A DNA stretch of 44,263 nucleotides, taken from a virus. The translations under genes were made by a program, and so were the position numbers. The stretch is taken from the IMG/VR virus record IMGVR_UViG_3300037506_000026, positions 1 through 44,263 of that record. The stretch is one strand, 5' to 3'. Of this stretch, positions 38,558-44,263 are shown piece by piece. Each line of letters starts with the position of its first letter. Positions within the stretch are counted from its first letter, which is position 1. A model generated the notes under the pieces. The model saw nothing but the letters and a program-made list of their open reading frames with translations, did not search any database and had not been told where the DNA came from.

Positions 38558-40309
38558 CTAATTTTTCTGGCACAAGATTACGTTGGCGTAAGCGAACGTC
38601 ACGTTGCTGAGTGCGCTCGAACTTGTGCCTCCGTGATTGTGCGAATCAGTTGTCGTCGTTGTGGCGACAGACGTTGTTGTATTTTTCAGCCTGGACCCGA
38701 ACACACCCGTGTCCGACCCGACATGGACTTCGTTGCCGCTCGGATTGGTCAGATAGCGATTCGAGATCGGAGTCCCGGCGGCTTGAGAATTAGTGTCCAT
38801 GACGTGTGAATGGCTCGGATAAGTGTGGCTGTGAACGTACGAAGTGATCGAGTGGGTGTGAGCGAGAGTGATGGCATTTGAAATCAAATGGCTCCCGCCG
38901 CTTCCCCCGCCCGCGCCCGATACTACGCGAAGAACCTTGTCGTGCTGAGCCGACACCAACGTCCATAAAAGCGGAATCGCCGATTGATAGAAGGCCATGA
39001 TTGATCCGGCCGGTGTCGTGTGATAGCGAATATGCTCATCATTCTGCGCGTATTTGTTCAGCCGTTGTTTTGACACGAGGTCTTTGTATTGGATTGTTGA
39101 TGTCAAATCTTGGAATGAATAAGGCGCTCCCGTTCCGAGTTTTTGGCACTGAATCATGTCAACGTAGGCCAAAACTATATTGGTCAAAGAAGAGTTGAGT
39201 GTATGTGTATGATCGGGGTCTGTGCCAGACGCGCCACCGCCGCCTGTTTTATTCGTGCGGCCTTTGACGGCGCTCTGAACCGATCCATCGTTGTTGGTCG
39301 GTTTGAAGTAATCGCTTCCGTCAACGGTGATATAAAAAAACACGCCGCTGAATGAAGCGGGGCCAGCTGTTACTTGACCAACATCATGACGATGACTTCC
39401 GAGCGTGTGAGAGTGAGATCCGGAAGCGGCAGTGGAGTGTATATGTTGAAGCGTAATTGTCTGTCCTGTCCCAAGGCTCCCGCCGGTTCCACCTCCGGCT
39501 CCTGAAACGATGCGGAGAGCTTTGTCGTTTTGCGTTGCGAGCTTACTCCATCCTGTCGGAGCGGCCGCGTTGTAAAACATCGACACCGTTCCGGTCGGAG
39601 TGAGACGCGCTTGATTGAATACGTCGTTCCCATATAAGCCGGACGTCGCTCCGAAAGGTTCATAGCGGATGCGATCGTTGTGGTTGAAAAAAGCCGTAAA
39701 ATCCGTGTAACCGGAAGATGTTGATTTCACTCCGATGATGACATCAGCATAAGCTGGCTGAACATTTGAAAGAGCGCTGTTTGAAGCGTGGCTGTGGCTT
39801 CCCGCCGAACTTGTTGCATCAACATCACTTGCCGTCGTGACGAAATTTTTTGACCAACGCGGAGTCGAACCTGATCCGAACGTGTTTTGAAATTGAGAAT
39901 TTACTGTATTGCCTATAGCGGTTGGGAAGTTGGAGCCTATGGAATTCGACCCCACTCCCGTAGTCATTCCGTGCGCATGAGACGATATTCCAGAATGGCT
40001 GTGATTCCCAACCCCCGTAATAGTTCCGTGATCGTGAACCAACGTCAACCCAGAGGAAACGGCAAGCGATCCACCGACGGCACCTCCGGGGTTTCCTCCC
40101 GTGTTGTTTACCACGCGAAGAAACTTGTCGTTAGCCGAAACATCTTGCGTCCATCCGGTCGGAACTGCCGCCTGAAAGAAAACAACTTTGACCGAATCCT
40201 GCCAGCCATTGTCCTTGAGGTATTGGTCGTTCTCTCCGAGCTGATCGAATTTAGATCGCAAGAGAGGTTGTTTATAAATAAATTGATCGACGAGGTTTTG
40301 GTAAGCCAT
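38558..40309 (-). CDS. Tail fibre protein with three tandem tail-collar-like repeats and many HxH motifs
   Basis: 583 aa. VVFFQAAVPTGWTQDVSANDKFLRVVNNTGGNPGG / VSMFYNAAAPTGWSKLATQNDKALRIVSGAGGGTGG / IMAFYQSAIPLLWTLVSAQHDKVLRVVSGAGGGSGG, each followed by His-x-His clusters. Confidence 0.75.
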   Translation of the reverse strand: MAYQNLVDQFIYKQPLLRSKFDQLGENDQYLKDNGWQDSVKVVFFQAAVPTGWTQDVSANDKFLRVVNNTGGNPGGAVGGSLAVSSGLTLVHDHGTITGVGNHSHSGISSHAHGMTTGVGSNSIGSNFPTAIGNTVNSQFQNTFGSGSTPRWSKNFVTTASDVDATSSAGSHSHASNSALSNVQPAYADVIIGVKSTSSGYTDFTAFFNHNDRIRYEPFGATSGLYGNDVFNQARLTPTGTVSMFYNAAAPTGWSKLATQNDKALRIVSGAGGGTGGSLGTGQTITLQHIHSTAASGSHSHTLGSHRHDVGQVTAGPASFSGVFFYITVDGSDYFKPTNNDGSVQSAVKGRTNKTGGGGASGTDPDHTHTLNSSLTNIVLAYVDMIQCQKLGTGAPYSFQDLTSTIQYKDLVSKQRLNKYAQNDEHIRYHTTPAGSIMAFYQSAIPLLWTLVSAQHDKVLRVVSGAGGGSGGSHLISNAITLAHTHSITSYVHSHTYPSHSHVMDTNSQAAGTPISNRYLTNPSGNEVHVGSDTGVFGSRLKNTTTSVATTTTTDSHNHGGTSSSALSNVTFAYANVILCQKN

Positions 40310-41991
40310 CAGAAAATCCTGTAATCCGGCGGCGGCGAACCCGCGTCTCCGAAATAGGCATACTTGGCTTTTTCGGCCACGGTCGCTGAATCGTAATCGT
40401 CCGTCTGCGGACTCTCGCCGTCTCCTTCGTTGGCTTCTGATCCGATGAGTCCGAATATCTGGTCGATCTGATTGTCGCGACGAACCATGAGCGCGATCTT
40501 TGATGGACGGATATCAAACTGTTTTCTCACCATCGCCACTTCTCCGACCGCCGCTTGGAATCCATACTTGGTATCAGTCAATCCGATGATGTCCCCGATC
40601 TCTGTCTCAAGCGCATCCATCCCCGTCTCGAAATAGATGTTGACTGGCGGTTCCGCATAGCGAGCGACAAGTTTGTCTGCAAAGTCTTGAACGTGTTGCC
40701 CCGTGGACGTGTGCCACGGAATCGTAAAGGCTACTGCGAGTTCTTTGTAGGTCGAGATGGAAGACGTGTCCTTGTCTACGTGGAGGCCATCAAACACCAA
40801 TTCCTCATCGGAGAAAGGCCAGTTGGCCGTGCGGATGTATTCAACGGAAACCGAATTGATCACTTCGTCAATCGTTCGGTTGTACGAGAGTTTCGTTATT
40901 TTATCTTCGTCTGCGAACGTGTTGACTACCGCCGTTGGGTCTGGAACGTACACCTTAAACTTAATCCGTCCATCTTGTCCCGTGTAGAGAGAGCCGAGAA
41001 CCAAGGTGGTCAACGTCTGTAAAACTTCCACCGCTTCGGAATCATACGGGACAAACCCCGTGATATTAAACACAGATAAAGTCGTGATGTCTGCGATGGC
41101 TGTCACGAATGAATCGTAATCAAGGTCTGGGTTTGCGCTCGATTGAGTGTTCGAGAAGTTGAATACGAACTCCGAGAAATTCTCAAGCGTATTGGCGTCG
41201 TAATTGTACCCCGTGAGAATCGACCAGATTATTTTTCCGAGGTTAGTCGTCGTCCATTGAGGATGCTGTCTCGTTGAAAATGTGAAACTGTCTCCGACCG
41301 TCCAGTTAAGCGTCCCGACCTTGATGGTAAACTTGAGTCCCGCCGCATTTGAGATGAACTCTGTTCCGCTTGTGGCAGGACCGATAGATCCAGACACGCT
41401 TCCAACAACAGAGAACGTCGCCACACCATCCCCACCACCGAGCGTGCAAGTTAGAGTCCACGTCTGGTTGACCGTTGCGAATGGCTTGGTATGAATCGTT
41501 GTGACGTATCCGTTCCCGACGTTTCCTCCTCCCGCTATTGGAACTTCTGATGTTGGCCTCGCATGGAGTTTTCTGTCCATGATTTGCCACATTCGATCAC
41601 GACACCTAAGCGTCACGCGGGAGACAGATGAATCAGTCAACAGTTGATCTATGTACCCGACCCCTTGCGTCAGATATTCTTCCGTCCCATCAGGGAGGAT
41701 GAACCCCTGAGAAATGCGGATGCGGTCTCCATGATAATCGCCCGACGAGAATAGGCCGCCTGTCTTGTACTCTGAGAAATAATCGTCATGATTAGACAGG
41801 ATGACGTCGAATTGACCGGCCTGAATCTCATCAGGGGCGCGTTCCTTGACTTGTTCGAGGTTTGCGCCCGAAAGGAAATAGCGCGAGATGTCCGTGACGG
41901 TGTTCGACTTGGAAATATGTTCGATCTTCGTCTTCGGATTCGACCCGCGCTTGCGAGCCATCTCCTGCAAAAATGCAAGAGATGGAGCCAC
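40309..41991 (-). CDS. Large tail tip / baseplate-type structural protein (560 aa)
   Basis: Long ORF in the tail-fibre module. The call rests on position and size only. Confidence 0.55.
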   Translation of the reverse strand: MAPSLAFLQEMARKRGSNPKTKIEHISKSNTVTDISRYFLSGANLEQVKERAPDEIQAGQFDVILSNHDDYFSEYKTGGLFSSGDYHGDRIRISQGFILPDGTEEYLTQGVGYIDQLLTDSSVSRVTLRCRDRMWQIMDRKLHARPTSEVPIAGGGNVGNGYVTTIHTKPFATVNQTWTLTCTLGGGDGVATFSVVGSVSGSIGPATSGTEFISNAAGLKFTIKVGTLNWTVGDSFTFSTRQHPQWTTTNLGKIIWSILTGYNYDANTLENFSEFVFNFSNTQSSANPDLDYDSFVTAIADITTLSVFNITGFVPYDSEAVEVLQTLTTLVLGSLYTGQDGRIKFKVYVPDPTAVVNTFADEDKITKLSYNRTIDEVINSVSVEYIRTANWPFSDEELVFDGLHVDKDTSSISTYKELAVAFTIPWHTSTGQHVQDFADKLVARYAEPPVNIYFETGMDALETEIGDIIGLTDTKYGFQAAVGEVAMVRKQFDIRPSKIALMVRRDNQIDQIFGLIGSEANEGDGESPQTDDYDSATVAEKAKYAYFGDAGSPPPDYRIF

Positions 41992-42329
41992 TATTTTACC
42001 TCAAGGTCTGGCTTTTTTTCTGAAGCCTTGTCGCATTTGTCGAGGTAGGCTAAGACCTGTCCGTGCGGCCCTTGAAATAATTTGGCCTCATTCTTCCCAA
42101 CCTTTTCGCGAATGATTTTGAACTCCGCATTTTCAAGCTCGATGTCCGGCTCCACTTGCCGGAGCTTGAGAAGGATCTGGTTCACATCGAGTGATTCATC
42201 GGCGTCTTTCGCCACCTGCTTATTGAGGATGAGTTTGATCAAAAACCGAAACGTCGGAAGTTGTGATTCGTCCACTTCTACATCTTCCAAGTTGAGGATT
42301 TTGTCATCGAGTCCTGTCAATTTCTTCAT
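41991..42329 (-). CDS. Hypothetical protein (112 aa), tail module
   Basis: ORF with GGAGAAAAACA-ATG and a 1-nt junction with the next gene. Confidence 0.5.
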   Translation of the reverse strand: MKKLTGLDDKILNLEDVEVDESQLPTFRFLIKLILNKQVAKDADESLDVNQILLKLRQVEPDIELENAEFKIIREKVGKNEAKLFQGPHGQVLAYLDKCDKASEKKPDLEVK

Positions 42330-42380
42330 TTTGTTTTTCTCCTTTCGTCTTTCCCTCGGTCATGCCGAGAGTCGCGATTT

Positions 42381-42650
42381 TTACAAAGTCACTCCACCTA
42401 TAACCGAGGCAACTTCCTCCGACGTTGTTTCTTCTTGCGCAAGCCAGGCGGTTTTGATTGCCGCCGCTTTTACGTTGGCTTTCGTTTTGGCTTCAGCTTC
42501 ACTGGATGGTGTGGTCATTTCGGATGCAAGAACGGTCACGCAGAACGTATTGACCTTCCCCGATTCCTCAAGGCGATACGAGAAATCGTACTGCTTGATT
42601 GAGTCATCTTCGTTGAGAATTTTGTCGCACTTTGTAATTTCGTCAGCCAT
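42381..42650 (-). CDS. Hypothetical acidic protein (89 aa) following the fibre gene
   Basis: ORF 10 nt downstream of the fibre stop. Confidence 0.5.
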   Translation of the reverse strand: MADEITKCDKILNEDDSIKQYDFSYRLEESGKVNTFCVTVLASEMTTPSSEAEAKTKANVKAAAIKTAWLAQEETTSEEVASVIGGVTL

Positions 42651-42659
42651 GATTTCCCC

Positions 42660-44263
42660 CTAATTGAATTTTGCTTTTGATTTCAAGTCTGCCAATTCAT
42701 CTTCGAGCTTGCGAACGTGAGCGCATAATATACCCACGACGGCATTTTCGTAATTCATGGTTTCAAGAATATGCCCGTCCTCGATTGGCCGACAAACGCT
42801 TGGGAGATTGTCGTTCAAGTAGCCCATGAATCTTCGCCCGCCCCTATCAAATAAAATGCCGCGCGGGATTTCCACGGAGGCGGGGTCGATGTCAGTGATG
42901 TTTTCTTTCGTCGATGAATGCGATGTGTTGATCGTGCTGTTTGTTGCGAAAACAGTATTCCATCTCGCCGAGCCGGAGCCAAGATTCATAGTTCCGTCCG
43001 TGCCACCAGGAGAAAGTTGCCCTGTCGTAAGAGCAAGATGTTGAGCGCCATTGCAAGCCCAACCGATAACATCCGCGCCCTGCCTAAACATGCCGGTGTT
43101 CGTGTCGTTCGTAAACGTGAATGATGGCGATGCCGCTGATCCATCCTCCAACCTGCAATTCAGCGCATTCAAATTGCTCTCCGTGCTAAAATTGAAGTCC
43201 CCCGTCGTAATTCCAAAGCGTAACACCCCGCCCGTCGAAAAGTTCAATTGGTTTGATCCGGCACGATATATGCCTGTATCCTGGTCACTGTCAAAAGAAA
43301 TGCTTGGAGTTCCAGCCGACCCGTCTCCAACTCGTAATGGTGTGGCATTAAGCAGAGTAAATTGAGAACCCGTTGAGAAAGAAAGACCTTGGGAACCATT
43401 TGTAGACCACCCAATAGTATTAGCTCCTTGTCGAAACATTCCGGTGTCCGTATCCGATGTAAACGTAATTGAAGGGGCCGCCGCGCTTCCGTCTGCGAAC
43501 TGGATCGTTGATGTCAACACTCCACTATTGACAGTCAACCCACTGTTGTCGATGGTGACGCGGAGAACGCCGTTGGTGGAGAAGCCGATAGAGTCCGCCG
43601 ATGGACTAAACATCCCAGTATTTCCGTCCCCGTTATATGAGTATGTCGGAAGGGACGCAGAGCCGAGCGGAGAAAACATTTGACCCCCTCCACCAAGCGT
43701 GAAATGATCGGTTGAACCAATCCTAAAAATCATCACTTCGTTTGCTGCCGTTGCATTGTGTGTGTATTGAATCAACCCTTGCACTGTCGTGCCTTCTGCA
43801 TCAGTAAAGGCAAGAATGCCGGAATTGTTAGTGCCAGAACGAATTGTGATTCCTGTTGAGCCAGTGGACGAGGCGACGACGAATTGACGAGCGTTTGAAT
43901 TGTATGAGATAGGGCTTGCTGTTCCGAGTCCCATACGGCCACCTGAATCGACAACCCACCGTTGCACTCCCGCTGTTCCGAGGGACACTTCATCTGCCGC
44001 GCTATTGTAGAGTCCTGTGTTGTCGTCTGCCGCCCATGAGTACGTTGGCAAGGTGACGCTTCCAGCTTGTCCAAGAAATGTCCCAACCTCAAGAGAAACA
44101 CCGTCCGAGCCGATGCGCATAATCTGAACGCCGCCAATGGCAAAGCCAATGCGCGTTGAGATGGAATACATCCCCTTGCTTGGAATCCCCATAAACGAAT
44201 AAGACGGTGCCACCGCTGAACCAAGCGGCGCAAGAATTTGAGTCGCGCTCAACCCTAACCGAT
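42660..44263 (-). CDS. Tail fibre protein, main body: about six copies of a ~40-aa repeat plus a C-terminal S74-type intramolecular chaperone domain. Its N-terminus is at 473..1.
   Basis: Repeats of the type PS[YI][ST]F..D.[DN]TG[MI][FY]....[AD]..[GS][FW][SA]T.G. C-terminus ...TSHSSTKENITDID...MNYENAVVGILCAHVRKLEDELADLK resembles Peptidase_S74. Confidence 0.8.
   Translation of the reverse strand, partial: RLGLSATQILAPLGSAVAPSYSFMGIPSKGMYSISTRIGFAIGGVQIMRIGSDGVSLEVGTFLGQAGSVTLPTYSWAADDNTGLYNSAADEVSLGTAGVQRWVVDSGGRMGLGTASPISYNSNARQFVVASSTGSTGITIRSGTNNSGILAFTDAEGTTVQGLIQYTHNATAANEVMIFRIGSTDHFTLGGGGQMFSPLGSASLPTYSYNGDGNTGMFSPSADSIGFSTNGVLRVTIDNSGLTVNSGVLTSTIQFADGSAAAPSITFTSDTDTGMFRQGANTIGWSTNGSQGLSFSTGSQFTLLNATPLRVGDGSAGTPSISFDSDQDTGIYRAGSNQLNFSTGGVLRFGITTGDFNFSTESNLNALNCRLEDGSAASPSFTFTNDTNTGMFRQGADVIGWACNGAQHLALTTGQLSPGGTDGTMNLGSGSARWNTVFATNSTINTSHSSTKENITDIDPASVEIPRGILFDRGGRRFMGYLNDNLPSVCRPIEDGHILETMNYENAVVGILCAHVRKLEDELADLKSKAKFN
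44137..44263. repeat. Second copy of the 127-bp terminal overlap (= 1..127)
   Basis: Exact identity with bases 1-127. Confidence 0.9.

Noticed and set aside
142-44233. All plus-strand ORFs in the track, for example 142..519, 4324..5211, 5243..6196, 10633..11580, 13706..14245, 14337..15098, 17433..18194, 18213..18941, 35180..35800 and 42082..42663.
   Set aside because: Each lies antisense to a longer minus-strand ORF that has recognisable motifs, SD sites and coupling overlaps. Their translations are Arg/Gly/His/Ser-rich low-complexity strings typical of antisense shadows in GC-rich DNA, and none has a convincing SD.
1-44263. tRNA, tmRNA or rRNA genes.
   Set aside because: The non-coding gaps are few, and none showed cloverleaf hallmarks such as a GTTCGAATC-type T-arm with matching acceptor stems. 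Running tRNAscan-SE would be the definitive check.

Overview
The window is a complete, circularly closed genome of a siphovirus-type tailed dsDNA phage. Bases 1-127 are identical to 44137-44263, which leaves 44,136 bp of unique sequence. Every gene I can support is on the minus strand; the plus-strand ORFs in the track look like antisense shadows. Following minus-strand transcription (descending coordinates), the order is as follows. (1) terS, terL, portal, Mu-F-like head protein, protease/scaffold, decoration protein and major capsid protein (20895->13301). (2) An unusual block of ten unknown genes (13287->8661). (3) Neck and tail-completion genes and the major tail protein (8656->6330). (4) A four-gene glycosyltransferase/methyltransferase cassette (6283->3698). 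(5) Tail chaperones with a canonical -1 frameshift site, then the tape measure and a Dit-position protein (3701->487). (6) A tail fibre whose ORF crosses the window junction (473->1 joined to 44136->42660), followed by more tail and fibre genes (42650->38558). (7) A lysis region with a GH108 endolysin that also holds a cryptic class III nucleotidyl cyclase (38549->35566). (8) VRR-NUC and a strong terminator. (9) A replication/recombination module with a ParB-DNA methyltransferase (35063->29776). (10) A long run of small early genes, many Cys-rich, with three HNH endonucleases and MazG-like proteins (29779->20979). I saw no tRNA, CRISPR array, integrase or reverse transcriptase. The best leads are the cyclase gene, which lacks a canonical in-frame start (A8 slippery run or CTG start) and sits with two unknown membrane-associated partners inside the lysis cassette; the Maf-like/GT2/SAM-methyltransferase cassette inside the tail operon; and the paralog-rich ten-gene block between capsid and connector genes. 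All functional calls come from motif recognition by eye; no database search was run.
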